A DNA stretch of 63,319 nt, the filler included, from Guillardia theta CCMP2712 (lineage: Eukaryota > Protista > Cryptophyta), in assembly GCF_000315625.1 (NCBI RefSeq). It is 5 parts of 5 records of this genome, joined end to end, with 100 filler letters (N's around TTAATTAATTAA, not from the genome) between each part and the next. Parts side by side here need not be neighbours in the genome. Positions count along the whole stretch, not along the records: positions 1 to 12,598 come from NW_005434302.1; 4 more parts are not named here. One strand, 5' to 3'. Shown in pieces: positions 1-12,598 of the stretch. Positions within the stretch are counted from its first letter, which is position 1; each line of letters begins with the position of its first letter. The position numbers and the translations under genes are program-made. Under the pieces are notes generated by a model. That model was not told where the DNA came from, did not search any database, and saw only the letters and a program-made list of their open reading frames with translations.

Positions 1-523
1 TCCGTGATCGCCGACTGAGCCTGAGGACTCCGGGAACCGTCGGAATCGGATGCTGCCGGGCCCTTGAAGCCCGTGTCCGGGCCCCGGGAGTGCCAGTGAT
101 CCACCCCGGGCCCGGGGCCCCAGTCACTAACCCGGCCGGGCCCGGGTGACCCGGTTCCGGGACCCCCGGGCCCGGCGGCCGGATGGCGATCAGATGGAAC
201 TTCACTAGCCTAGTGATTTCACTCACACTGTAAACCACCGGTACTAGAAGCCAACTTTGAAAAGTACCCCTCCTTTTGACTATCTTGTACCCCCAAATAT
301 CTGAGGTTTCCAGTCACTTCTTTACAAACCTACCCTCCCCCCAATGGTGCCTTCACACCCACCCCACTGGTAAACACTGACTACCCCCACCTGCCATTGA
401 TCCCTTGATTACCCTACCCTTTCTAGGAAGTACAGAATGTACCTACCCCCCTACTCCTCACAGGCGTTACCTGCAGTTTCAATGCTGCTACCCGCCAACA
501 TGACGAAAACAAACCATGCTACA

Positions 524-652
524 GCTCTCCCTCCTCCTCTCCCTCCTTCTCTCCCTCCTCCTCTCCCTCCTCCTCTTCCTCCTCCTCTTCCTCCTCCTCT
601 TCCTCCTCCTCTTCCTCCTCCTCTTCCTCCTCCTCTTCCTCCTCCTGCTCCC
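524..652. repeat. (CCTCCTCCTCTT)n-type polypyrimidine tandem repeat
   Basis: Directly visible. It generates the spurious poly-P/L/E/R ORFs at 437-902. Confidence 0.9.
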
Positions 653-879
653 TGAATCCCCCAACCTCTTCATTCCCAACCTTCCTCCCACTCCCACTCC
701 CGCTCCTCCAGCTCCGCTTCCCGCTCCTCTCATTCCTCCCACTCCCCACGCACCTCGCATTCCTCAAGATCCTCACATTCTCAGAACTCCTCAGGCACCT
801 CCCACTTTTATCACAGCTCGACATCCCCTCTCCAACGCTCCTCCTCTCCTTCCTCGTTCAAGTCGTTGTTGTATAGCTC

Positions 880-2061
880 ATGCATGTTGCCATGTCGCAT
901 AGACTGACGTCGGTTGACATCTGAATCTGTCCATCAGACATGTCTGCTGGTGATGATCGCCCAGGGCGTTATTGTTCATATCAGTACAGATGAGAATGAC
1001 TGCACTCATACCATGCCAAGACGCACCGTGATCGAGTCAGACTGGAGAACGAGATCCTGAGAGTTTGTTGAGGTGTGAGTGCAGTGTGATGGTATAATGA
1101 CTTCCTGTGTGACTTTGTACTTGTCCAGCTTGTTGTGCTTCAGCACACCTGTCCAGCATGTCGTCTGACTCCCAGGTAGAGTAGCATCTACCTTGAGCAG
1201 CAGAACCTGATCTGATGTTGACGCTGCAGCACACAAGTAAAGCGCTGAAGAAGCTCTTCAGTGCGTACTGCAGCAAGGTGATGCTGGCCCGGTCATGAGC
1301 AGGAGTGTGACCCCTTGCGACTGTCAGAACGAGGAAGGGGACAAGACGATGGACTGGGAGGCAAGGATGTTGTGCTGACGTCGTCTCGATTGCTAACGAT
1401 GAGGATTGCAGGCTCTGAGCTGCTTCCTGCAAGACTTGAGGATCAGTCCAGAGCTTCTTTCTCCTGACGAGGTCGAGATAGAACATGCTTCCGCGTTGCT
1501 TTTCAAGATCCTGCAAACGACTTCACTAATTGCATCTGTGTCCAGACCCATGCAGTGCTTGCAGAGACAGTGAAATCAGGTAATCCAACTCAAAGCTTTT
1601 TGTCGTGCATGCTGTTGCGAACTGGATTCTGTTATTGGAGACATGATCGATGCTCCTTTTTGCCTGTTCCCAGCGCTGACACCGACTTGCGCAGGCTCGA
1701 ACGAGATCGATTTCTCGGAATTCAAGAAGTTTTTGCGAAAGTGAAGAACTTTTATATGAGGATCGCACCTTCGGTCCTGATTACCATCTCAGACTTGCCA
1801 TCGTTGAGTTCAAGAAGAAGCAGTACAGGAACAAGTACGTGGCGCATGATGAGCGGTATGCTACCACTAGCGCTTCTCTGTTTGGTTGGTGTGATGACAC
1901 TACATCTCTTCGTCAGGTTCACAGCTCTGCTCGCTTACATGCAGATCGATCGAGTAGACGAGATGCTCGCAAGGCGCAAGGGCAGTCAGCAGAAGACGGT
2001 CTGTGATAGCGACCGTAGTTGTAGCATTGATGGAGCAGTGAATGTCAATAGCGAGATTTGA
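880..2061 (+). CDS. probable multi-exon hypothetical protein (boundaries approximate)
   Basis: Short GT..AG intron-like segments separate coding-like pieces (e.g. FTALLAYMQIDRVDEMLARRKG). No recognisable domain. Confidence 0.3.
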
Positions 2062-2873
2062 CGATGATGACGGACGTGCTGTTTGAGATCATGGAGATGA
2101 TGATTATGGAGATGATGATGATATTGGGGGTGATGATGATTGGGAGGAGGAGGATCGGGAGGAGGAGGAGGAGGATGGAGATGATGATGAACTTCTTTGT
2201 GCAGGAGAAGAGAGATTCCAAGAAGAGTTCGAAAGGTGATGATTGCTTTGACATGATGGCAAGTGCTGAAGTTGCTTGTGCAGGAGGAGGGAGTCACAGG
2301 TATCGTGTGACGTCAGCCATCATAGCAGAATCTGATTTGGTTGATTTTACTTCTTCCGTCAGTTCGAGCTCTTCCAAGGTGGTAGACGTTGTTTTCGCAC
2401 GTGCACCTGATTGTGAATGATCCAGAAGAAGGCTGAGAGACATGCGGATATCCTTCTGGAAGAAGATTTGGTACATGATGAGGAAGCACAGACTGAGAGG
2501 GAGGGAGGGGGGGGAGAAGGGGGGGGGAGAAGGGGGCGAGAGAGAGGGGGGGGAGAGAGAGAGTGACTTTGGTACGTAGGACGAGACACAGGAGGAAAGG
2601 CACGGAAAGCACCATGACAAGGTTAGAAGGAATTTTTGTGAGCGAGTTTGAGTGACATGTATGGAAGGCATCGGAAAGCGGGAGAAGGAAGGTGAGGGGA
2701 TTCACATACTGAAGGGAGAAGCTGTTGGCTGGGAGGAGAGCGAGGAGGAAGAGGATGGTTTGTTCACCTGCAGACAGGAAGCGACAAGAGAGAGCCGAAT
2801 GCCGTCTAGGAGGCCCGCGGTCGGTCGTCTTGCTCAAGTTGCTCGCGGCATGACGTGCTGGCTCAGGTTGAAG

Positions 2874-5800
2874 ATGAGCGGGAGAGGCCACGAGGAAGCG
2901 TACACAGTGACGACGAGGTCTCGTCGGGATGGGATCAAGCCGCCAACCACAGGGAGGAGGATCACCTGCAGAAGAGGTGAGGGGAAGTAGAGTGCTGTGA
3001 AGGGTGTGAGGCGTCAGCAGCTCGAAACCTCCAGCAGGGGAGGAGCGAGACGATTTGAGCGAGGACTTCGAGGATGAAGACATCATCATACTGGACGAAG
3101 ACGGTGACGAGCTCATGCATGGTGAGAAAGGCAACGAGCTTGACCGCGACCAGTTTGACGCTCGTGTGACACAGAGGGAGAAGAGATGCGGGAACAAGAT
3201 CAGCACGACAAGCTTGCAGCAGAAGAACTTCACCCGCCCTCCTCCTCCTCGCCAGCAGCAACGGCAGGAGGAGAGGACGAGAACTCCGTCGTAAGGCATG
3301 CGAGCATGGAAAAGCGAAACCTGTCGAGGCCACAAAGCGCCGTGAGACCTCCGAGCGCGACGAGGCATCGACCAGACAGCGCTCATCGGACAGGATCGAG
3401 CTCGAGCGGGCTAGGAGGAAGTAAGACCTCGACTGCCTCCTCCTCCTTGTGACCCTCTCGTAGCAGTGGGAGGCAGCGGAGCCGGAATCGCCATGGCTGC
3501 CGACACTTCATCCCTCCTACGGCAGCCGCGCAGCAAGTGAGTGGAAGGAGGATAGGGAGGAGGAGGAGAAGATGGAGGAGGTGGAGGAATGATGAGAGTG
3601 GCAGGCTTCAGCTGAGGTGCAACTGCGGGGGGAGGACAGGCAGTCTCTTCCTCACGACAGACATGAGCTGGGAGCAACTTTGCGGGCACTTCCGGGCTCT
3701 CTTCGGGCTGGAAGATGACGTCCCCATCGTCTTCTCCTACAGGATCGGATGGGACGCAGAGAGGGGAGGGGGGAGAGTCTCCGTATGCACCTCCAGCAGC
3801 GACCTGACCCTGCTCTACGAGAGCATCGCGAAACATCCTCCTCCCCAAGGGACGCTCAAGGTGAGGATACCTAGGACTTGCTGCGATCTGACCTGCTCCT
3901 CCTCCCCTCCCCACCCCTGCTCCTCGCAGGTCAACTTGCTGCTGTCAACGGATGAGGAGTCTTCATCGGATGAGCGACACCCGCCGGAGGAGGCGACGGG
4001 CAGCAGGGAGCGAGACTCAGGTCCCGTGAGCATCGTAAAGAGCATGCTCACTAAGATGAGCAGAGCTGGACAAGCGAGTGGAATACATCCCCGGAGGAGC
4101 AAACCAAGGTGGTAGAGGTGAGGAGGAGGAGGAGGAGAGGGATGCGGGGGAATGCAAACTGATCGTCTGAAGTAGCTGAGCACATGAGCTTCAATGATTC
4201 GGATGCCTCGGCGTACCGTCAAGTGAGTTCGATGCCTCAATTCCATCGTCCTCCTCCCAGCCGAGACGTCCCTGACTCTTGTACCTTGTGCTCACTCCTT
4301 GTCCCAGCAAGCTGTTCGCCCCCCGCGGCCCCAGGTCTCCTCTCTTCCTCCTCTCCCTTCTCCTTCTCATCTTCCTCCTTCACCTCCTCCTCTCCCTCCC
4401 GGTCTTCCTCCTCCTCGTTAGCTATGTCCTTCCCTTTCTTTCGCTTCATCCATCCAGTATCCATAGCGACTGGTGACGTGCTGGGGTAGAGCGCTACCAG
4501 CAGGCCGATGTCAGCCCCAAGGAGCACGAGAAGTGGACTTGACTCATGCCCGCAAACGGTGAGAGTGAGCCAAGGGATACGATCCTGCTATCCTACTACC
4601 TTCCCCTCCTACTCCTCTCTCCCTCCCTCCCTCCCTCCCTCCATCCATCCATCCATCCATCCATCCATCCCTGCTTCTCCTACTCCTCTCCCTACTTCTT
4701 ACCTTCTCCCTCACTCCTCCTTCCTCTGCCTGCCCCTTCACCACCATGGCCATCTTGTGCCTCATTCATGCTCTGCAGCAAGACTTCGATCTGTCGTTCA
4801 GCTCGTCACAGGGCATGCAGATCAGACCAGGAATCAAGGTATGTCTCATTCCTATCTTGCTCCTACATTGCTCCTGCCGTGCCCGCTCCCTGTCTTCTTC
4901 TCGTCTTCTTCTCGTCTTCTTCTCGTCTTCTTCTCGTCTTCTTCTCGTCTTCTTCTCGTCTGCTCTTTCGCGCGTTCGTCTTCTCTTGTCTTGGTGGCTC
5001 ACGGTGCAGCAGCAGGGGTCAGATTCTCTCTTGCAGAACATATCGGAGAGGAGGAGTCGCGTTCAGAGTGCTTCTCGCAATCCCACGGGTCGACGAGAAG
5101 GGCTGGCAGAGCAGTCGTCTATGGCGCCCTCTGTACAGGTGACAGGACTGGGAAGAGGGAAGGGAGAGAGGGACGGAGGGCAATGGAGGAGAGGACGGAG
5201 AGTAAGGGAGGAGAGGGAGGAAGGAGAGGGAGGAGCTAGATTTGTCAAGCTGAGGAGGGAGCAGTCGGAATCGTCGCAGCTCAACTCCAAGGCCTACGAG
5301 AAGCTTCGCTCTTGCGTAGCCCTGGGGATCCTCCCGGCAGACGCCAAGGTGTTGATAGGGAGAAGAAGAGAGGAGGAGGGTGACAGGAGATGTGTCAGTT
5401 GAGGCTCGAAGTGGAGCACTGCACGGCGAGAAGACCAAGTGCAACCTTAAGGTACGGAGGAGAGGGAGGAGGAGGAGGGAACGAACGGTTGACAAATCAA
5501 CAGAGGTTCTTCCGAGGCCTACGTAAAGAAATTTTCGACGTTCAAGTTCAGAGTGAAGGTGAGGAGAAATGAGGCGCTGGGGCGGGAGATGCGACGAGGA
5601 GGAGCGGGAAGGGAAGGTGAAGTCGGAGTGATGGACGTGCAGGACAAGATGAGCGCATGGAATGTTGAGGTGGAGAGTACTTCAAGGAAACCCAAGATAG
5701 GATCCTTTGAGGTTACGGCAGACCTGATGCCTCCTGTCCCTCGTCACTCACTGCGACCTCTTGACAGATCAACCTGCAATGGCAGTGTAACGGGTTTCCT

Positions 5801-6522
5801 TACGAGATCTTGATCTTTTCTAAGGTCCTTCCCCTCCCTCCCTCCATCCATCCATCCATCCATCCATCCATCCATCCTTCCGTCCTTCCTTCCCTTCTCT
5901 TGCAAGCTCGTTCTCGCTCGGGGCTGCTGTGACTTGCATCCGGCAGCTCAAGACCAAACGATGGCCTGACGTGGAGAGCATCGTCTCGACCCTCTGCGAG
6001 CTGCTGCCGAAGCAAGAAGAGGTGGAAGAGGCGGTGGGAAAGGAACAAGTTCTTTACTCGTCCGCTAGAAAATGCTGCTGAGAGTGGTCGATCAAGACTT
6101 GAACACCATCGGTGAGGCTTCGAAGCCTCTCGCGCACGCCTGACGTCAGTGGCAGGGGATGCTGAAGTCATCATCAGCGACCCGTACACACAAGCGGTGG
6201 AGCTGAGAGCCTGAGGAGACTGTACTGACCCCTTGACAGCCTCTTCGCAAGTCCTACAGCGACTTGGCCGGGGAGTGCGTCGTGTACCTCAAGGAGGTGA
6301 GTGAAGCTCCAGCACTCGCAACCCGCCGACCTCGTGCAGGGCGACTATGACATCAAGATCAACGCGGAGAAGTACAAGGAGATCATACTGACCAAGACGC
6401 TCAAGGTGAGGGAGAGGGAGAGGAGTGAAGACGGTGAGGCTGCAGCATCAGATCTCGGAGATCAACGAGGTGGAGTTGTTCTCCAACTGAGAACAACTCA
6501 AATGAAGGTCAACGCGAGATGA
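2874..6522 (+). CDS. multi-exon hypothetical protein with a possible PB1-like segment (boundaries approximate)
   Basis: Coding-like exons are separated by purine- or pyrimidine-rich introns. The segment LRCNCGGRTGSLFL..MSWEQLCGHFRALFGL..IVFSY..CTSSSDL (3610-3860) resembles a PB1/ubiquitin-like fold. Confidence 0.4.
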
Positions 6523-6742
6523 ACGCGAAGTTCGAAGTGGTTGTACAGAGAAAAGAGACAGCAAGGGAGAGCAAGGAGGGACAATCTTGAACGCCAGTGC
6601 TCTGAGTGAGAAAGACGAGCTACTAAGCCACTTAAAATCAATTGAATGCGAATCAATAGAAACTACTAAGTCACTGTAACAATCGAATTCGAATCAATAC
6701 TGTGCGATTTATTATGCAGTTTACAAGTCGCTGTTGTTAATC

Positions 6743-7037
6743 TTACTGCTGGCGGTAGTCGCAGTAGTTGTGGGAGCGGCCGCCATCGCAGCTGTTGACG
6801 AACCCAGTGGGGGGATGGTAGAGAGTCTGCATGGAGGTCAAGCGAGCTCAACAGGAAGAAGCATCAGAACTCACGCCGTAGAAGTCGTGGCCGGAACCCT
6901 CACCGTCGAAGTCACCAGCTCCGTCTGGGGAGATCAACGGTCAAGAAACCTTATCACCACAAGAGGATGGCAAACTCACAGAGGATGTAGCCGGAGTCGA
7001 GCTGGGTAGCAACAAGCTGGGTGAAGAGAGCGAACAT
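6743..7037 (-). CDS. 63-aa three-exon small protein (not in ORF track)
   Basis: Exons 7037-6980, 6924-6875 and 6826-6743, with two GTGAGT..CAG introns (55 and 48 nt). They splice in frame to MFALFTQLVATQLDSGYILYGAGDFDGEGSGHDFYGTLYHPPTGFVNSCDGGRSHNYCDYRQQ*. Confidence 0.8.
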
Positions 7038-8264
7038 TGTCTGAATCAATCAGTCAGATCGAAGATCGATGCAGTTTGGTATGAAATGTAACAACGAACT
7101 CGGAACACAAACACGAGCACACGAAATGAAATGCAGAGGGGTAGCATGCGTTGAAATTGGGAACGAAACGACAAAAATCAACCAGTTCTGTAATCAGTTG
7201 ATCATGAAAATGACATCTTGCAGCACAAATTGACCGTGAGAAGAAAGTGGTTGATGATAGGATGGTGTGAACCACGAAGAAGAAGATGAATATGATGATG
7301 ACAGTGAAGCATCGAATGGAGATGATGGAGGTATAAATCGCAGACTGATAACAGTCACTCCCATGTCGCATGTTGTGCATGCAGTCAAGACATCATTGTT
7401 GCCGCGGCAAGCGACATGGCAGACCTGCACTTGACAATCTATTTCCGGCACGCTTTTTTTATAGATGTTGGGGGTGGGGTACCCCACCCTTGGGATCATG
7501 TTCCTACATTTGTCTTTACACGGGACCGGTGGTGAGGTCCAGACTACCCCTGTTGCCAAGCCTCAAACCCACCACCCCCTCGCTGTTCTATTTCCATCCA
7601 AAGTGCAATTCAGCCGTTACAATGAAGCTCAGCGACTGTAACGGCTCCGCTCTGCGAGTTTCAAGGCCCGCACCGTCTGCGGCACTGCGGCACTGAACCG
7701 GCGGGCCGCCCACTGCCACTCAGCCCGCTCGGCCGGGCGCTGATTAGCCGCCAGGGCGCGGCAGTGACCCGAGTCGTGACACAAGAGCTGGAAACCCCAT
7801 GATAAACGATCAGACGTGAAGTTTCTCGTGAATTCTGACGGTATGTAACAAGGTGCTAGCTGACAAGCCTGACCGTCGGACTCCGAGTCTTTGATGCAGA
7901 AGACTCCCGAGCGATGGCAGAACTACTGGGCCGGGCTAGGCTAACCCGGTGACCGTCAGTGGGAGACTCACTGAGTCAGGCCCTGAGGGCCGGGCGGCCG
8001 CTGCCACATGAGTTCTTTATAGTTTGAGCTATAAACCTGACAGAAAAAAAATGTGTAGGACATTGAATCCTACCTAGACCTAGCTTGCGTTTATATCATC
8101 CCATATTTGGTGCCTTTCTCCCGGCACTGCCGCGGCAGCCGGCAAAAGCTTTTTCAAATCAAGTCGGAAAATGCCGCACATAATTTCAAATATGTGAGAA
8201 CAAATATCGGAACCTTCCCTAATCTCTCCTACTGAGTTGAGAAGTAATAAATCTCTCTCGCGCC

Positions 8265-9899
8265 ATGCTCAAACGCGGCAGGCAAGATGGGGGCGACGAT
8301 GAGCAGTCCGCTCGTAACAGCAATTGGAAAGGTCTCCGAGAGAGAGAGAACCACATCTCTTGGAAGGAGATAGCTCGGAATCGTGACGCGGTGGGGCATA
8401 TGGAGGAGAGCAAGCTTTTTTGTCTCGATGGATCGTTGTGGGATCAGACCAGCTCTGGACAAGGAAGGCAGCGGGTGCTCTACTGCAGGGAATGCTTCAA
8501 TGAGCAGTGGCATTTCATCAAGGAGAGAGTGTGTGAGGCCGGGCGTCTGGGTTGGATCCTAGGCCCTCCAGGGACGGGGAAGTCGACGACGACCATGTCC
8601 TTTATACAATCGCTGAGCATGGAGGAGGGATGGATGGTGATGTGTGTGCGGCTGTTGAAGTGGAGTTCAATTCAAGTGCTACAAGTTGATGATGGAGTTT
8701 TGAGAATTGCTGACTTGCCACGCAATGGTGCAGAAGAGATGCTGAGAAGGGTCCTCAGAGAATGGTCCCAGAGCAACAAGAAGTATCTTGTGTCCTTGGA
8801 CGGTTACCAAGAGGATGTACATGATCTGGTGCTCAGTGAATGCATATACTGGCTTCACAAGGATCAGGAAAACCGGCGGGTTGTGATCACGACGTCGATG
8901 AGTTCTCGAGTAAAGAAAAAAATTGAGCTCGATAGAATGGAGAAGGTAGAGGAGCTGATGGTGTACTCGTGGACACTGGAGGAGTACCTGGAGGCCATTA
9001 AGTACGAGATGTTCTACAAGAGTGTGGCTAGTGTAATGGAATGGAGCTTGGATGCGGAAGAAGCCTCGGAGGAGACAAGGTCAAGAGTTGTCGAGTCAAA
9101 GTATCAGATTGTTGGAGGCTCATGCCGCCATATGTTCGAATGTACGACAGATCAAGCTATCCAAGAACTCTGTGCAGCGATGAACTCTGTCTCTCATTTC
9201 AGGACGCTCTTTGAAATGAATGTGGGCGACCTTTCAAAGCAGTTTGTCAATCGGCTGCATGGGAAGTATCGAATCGGAAACCAGGTGTACCGGACTTTTA
9301 TCAGTAGGTTTGTTGCCAGGGAGCTAGCAGAGAAGCTCGGAGAATCGTTTGTGAGCAAGATTGAGCATCTCCATGGCATGACTGAGAATCCGTTTCTTCG
9401 GAGGATTTGGTTTGAGATGCTGTTCTTTGCTCGGATAGGACGAGAGCCAGGGCTGCAGGTCACCCTCAGGTCAGAGAATCAAGCCGAGTCAGAGAAGCAC
9501 GACGACTGGCAAAGGTGTAGCGTAATACCTCTTGAAGCAAGGGAAGTACAGAAGGCTCTGAAGCAAGGGCCAGCAAGGTTGTGCCTGAAGCCGTTGAATT
9601 GGAATCAGGGTGGCTATGATGCTGTGATTGTGGACTCGAATGACAATTTGGTGCATTTCATACAGGTAACCATTGCGGAGACGCGTGACCTCAAATTGCG
9701 ATTCATGTATGATTGCCTGCAATCTTTGGGCATTGAGCAAGGGGGGACCTGGAAGGTGGAGGTTGTGTTTGTCGTTCCAAAGGCGAATCTCTACAAGTTC
9801 AGATTGAATTGTGTGGAAGACGAATTGATACTTACACAGTACGGGTGGACAACAACAGACGCTCATGTAGTTGCAATGAACTCCAGACCGCAAGGATAG
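8265..9899 (+). CDS. Crinkler/RHS (CR)-like protein: P-loop NTPase + C-terminal restriction-endonuclease-like domain
   Basis: Intronless 544-aa ORF. Walker A GWILGPPGTGKST, Walker B-like LVSLDG, and C-terminal NQGGYDAV...VHFIQVTIA, as in Crinkler NTPase-REase proteins. Confidence 0.75.
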   Translation: MLKRGRQDGGDDEQSARNSNWKGLRERENHISWKEIARNRDAVGHMEESKLFCLDGSLWDQTSSGQGRQRVLYCRECFNEQWHFIKERVCEAGRLGWILGPPGTGKSTTTMSFIQSLSMEEGWMVMCVRLLKWSSIQVLQVDDGVLRIADLPRNGAEEMLRRVLREWSQSNKKYLVSLDGYQEDVHDLVLSECIYWLHKDQENRRVVITTSMSSRVKKKIELDRMEKVEELMVYSWTLEEYLEAIKYEMFYKSVASVMEWSLDAEEASEETRSRVVESKYQIVGGSCRHMFECTTDQAIQELCAAMNSVSHFRTLFEMNVGDLSKQFVNRLHGKYRIGNQVYRTFISRFVARELAEKLGESFVSKIEHLHGMTENPFLRRIWFEMLFFARIGREPGLQVTLRSENQAESEKHDDWQRCSVIPLEAREVQKALKQGPARLCLKPLNWNQGGYDAVIVDSNDNLVHFIQVTIAETRDLKLRFMYDCLQSLGIEQGGTWKVEVVFVVPKANLYKFRLNCVEDELILTQYGWTTTDAHVVAMNSRPQG

Positions 9900-9917
9900 A
9901 GCCGACAGATCGATGAA

Positions 9918-9980
9918 GGAAGGAGGAGGGGTCGCGGAAGGAGGAGGAGGGTCGCGGAAGGAGGAGGAGGGGTCGCGGCC
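9918..9980. repeat. 21-bp tandem repeat x3 (AAGGAGGAGGAGGGGTCGCGG)
   Basis: Directly visible just downstream of the Crinkler-like stop. Confidence 0.85.
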
Positions 9981-11058
9981 CCCTCCCCTGCATCATGTGA
10001 TAGAGTGCCTCGAATAAATACATCCCAGATACCAACTCTGACAATACCTCACCTCCGCAGCCTTGGGCACGTCACTACCCCTCATCTCTCCTTCCACGGG
10101 TGCGTGCCCGGCACCTTTTGAAGGACGCGATCCTGGTGATGATTGGTGTTCCCTGCCGGTTCTCAGAGAAGGAACCATGGCATATAAGCTGATGACGATC
10201 AGCAGGCATGAGGTAGGTCCTCCTGACGTCTTGATCTCACTTGATGCCACCAATCATCATAAGCGTCTCGTTAGGGCCACTGGGTTGCAAAGGCTAAAGA
10301 CGTTTTGCTCAAGACCTCAACCAAACCCGAACATTGCTTCAAGCTGAGAGCGAAGCAGGACATGCGGAGCAAAGCTGCGATACCACCGTTTCCGACTCTA
10401 GCTCAGTCACCTCATGCCTCATGCTGGCGACTTGAAAGCAGCCTGTGCTGCATTCACACATTGATTGTTTGGCATGCTGGAAGGAATACCTGCCCCTTCC
10501 GACATGTCCCCGTTTCCTGACTTTTCTCACTGGCAAGCTGCAAGATCTTGTCATACATCTGTTCATACTGTGACACATGTTGTACACACAACCTTCGGGA
10601 AGGAGGGAGATCGCCAGAGCGATCACTGCTTCGTTCACTAGAACACGACGAGCCTGGCACGACCGTCTGATCGGACGGCGGGCTACTGCTGAGTCTACTG
10701 AGTCACTGAGAGAAAAGACAGCGAGGCGGCCCGGTTGAACCAACTTGCCCCTCATCCTGCCGACCGACTGCCGCGTCTTCTCTGATCATCACTGCATATT
10801 CCGAGGCTGCCGGCCAAGCCGACTGCATGGCAGAGTCCGATCACTGAGCCCGGGGAGTTCACCGGGCCCGGCCCAGGCCGGGCTGAGCCGCCCGGGAGCC
10901 CCGGACTCAGTCGCCGAAGATAAACTGCATGCACAATTCTTGAGGGGTGGGGGTGTTGAAAGAATGGGTAGTCTCTATCAAAATGGGGGTAGTTGCACAG
11001 GGATGAATGGGGTGGGTGTGAACAAACTACACCGGTGGGCCGGGGTGGAACGCAAGCC

Positions 11059-11730
11059 ATGTTGGCAGGGATTGTAATGAGGAGGATGGGGACTAAGACG
11101 ACGATGATGATGAGAATGATGAGGACGACGACGAGAAGAGAGATGATGACAACACACAACTTGAGGCTTCACTCTCCTCCTCTTCGCTCTTCTCCTCCAT
11201 CCTCTCTTGTCTCGCGCTCCAACATCTGCCCCCTACCAAGGCTGGACGCTTTCGGAGGTTGCAGGGGAAGAGCGAGCTTATCTAGCGCTGTCGAGGAAGT
11301 GAAGGACGAGTCGAACGCAGCAGAGGTCAACCCAGTTGTGGAAGAGAATCTGAAGGAGCTCCTTGAGCTCATAGAGGAGAAGAAGGGTGCCGACGTTCAG
11401 GTCCTCAATGTCAAAGATTACCCCAAGTTGATAAACATCTCAGAGTACACTGTGATCACAACGTGTACGAGCAGGAGACATATGCGGATCGTTGCCGAAC
11501 ACGTTGTGGAGCACTTCAGGTTGAAGGGGATGCTGGTGGAGAAGGTGGACGAGAACGATGAGGTGATAAAGGCGTCCCCCGCCATCGAGGGCATGGAATC
11601 GGATCGCTGGATGCTCGTAGACCTCAACGAGATTGTGTTTCATGCTTTCACCCAGGAGGGACGCGACTACTACAAGATCGAGGAGAACCTGCGGACTGAA
11701 AGCCCCATGGATGGGATAACTATGACGTGA
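11059..11730 (+). CDS. rsfS: ribosome silencing factor RsfS/Iojap (MALSU1-like), organelle-targeted
   Basis: KKGADVQVLNV..SEYTVITTCTSRRHM..WMLVDLNEIVFHAF..GRDYYKIE matches the RsfS motif set. The R/S/T/M-rich N-terminal extension resembles a transit peptide. Confidence 0.88.
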   Translation: MLAGIVMRRMGTKTTMMMRMMRTTTRREMMTTHNLRLHSPPLRSSPPSSLVSRSNICPLPRLDAFGGCRGRASLSSAVEEVKDESNAAEVNPVVEENLKELLELIEEKKGADVQVLNVKDYPKLINISEYTVITTCTSRRHMRIVAEHVVEHFRLKGMLVEKVDENDEVIKASPAIEGMESDRWMLVDLNEIVFHAFTQEGRDYYKIEENLRTESPMDGITMT

Positions 11731-12201
11731 GCGTGCATGGGACATGATTCTTGTGGGGGGCAGGGGAGGGGAGGAGAGCGTGGAAGATTGTTTTTTGAAG
11801 GCAGGAGGAGCGAAGGAAGTGTGGAGAGTAGCGATGGAGATTTTCCGTGTACAAGTTTCTTCTTGTTCCCACGATCGCAATCACAAATAAACCTCCTCTT
11901 CGCTAGGAGACACCCAACCGATCCTTCCGAGAAACTCCTCCTCCTCCTCCTCCTCCTCCTCCTCCTCCTTCTCCTCCTTCTCCTCCTTCTCCTCCTCCTT
12001 CTTGCAGACCCACACCTGCTCTCCCCTCCCTCCTGCCCTCGCTCGCCGCCCCCGCCCCCTCCGACCTCCTACCAGCCCCTCTGCTGCCGTTCAGTCCCCA
12101 TTCCAACCCCCGGGTTCCCTTGTAAACATACAACAAGAAATTCGATAGCCGTTGGCGGGCAGGAGGAGGAGGGAACTGAACGGCAGGAGCGAGCGAGCGA
12201 G

Positions 12202-12598
12202 ATGGAGACGAAGATGACTCACAGGTGAGAAGGAAGAGGAGAGGGAAGGAAGGAGGAGATAGGAGGAGGTGCGGGAGAGGAAGCGGAGGGGAGGGGGGGC
12301 AGGACTTTGGAGAGGAGAGAGAGAGGAGGAGGGGAGAGAGAGAGGAGGAGGGGAGAGAGAGAGGAGGAGGAAGGCGCAGGAGCTGATGAGGCCCAGCCTG
12401 ATCAAGGCAGTGTCGGGAGAGTTCGACCTGGAGAGCGTGTACAAGTTGACGCTCTCGCGGATGAACATCAAGACGATGGAGAACCTGGAGGCGTGCGTGA
12501 ACTTGCAGGTAGAGGAGAGGGAGGGGGAGGAGGGGGAGGGGAAGGAAGGGGAGGAGAGGAGGGAGGGACACGAGGGGAGGGGAGGGGAGGGAGGGGCA
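12202..12598 (+). CDS. leucine-rich repeat protein, LRRC61-like (5' part, cut by gap)
   Basis: The exon LIKAVSGEFDLESVYKLTLSRMNIKTMENLEACVNLQ resembles the LRRC61 N-terminus and first LRR. Confidence 0.6.

Noticed and set aside
437-902. Poly-P/L/E/R ORFs, and similar ORFs at 11737-12654, 30916-31221 and 59004-59336
   Set aside because: Translations of simple repeats that are open in several frames.
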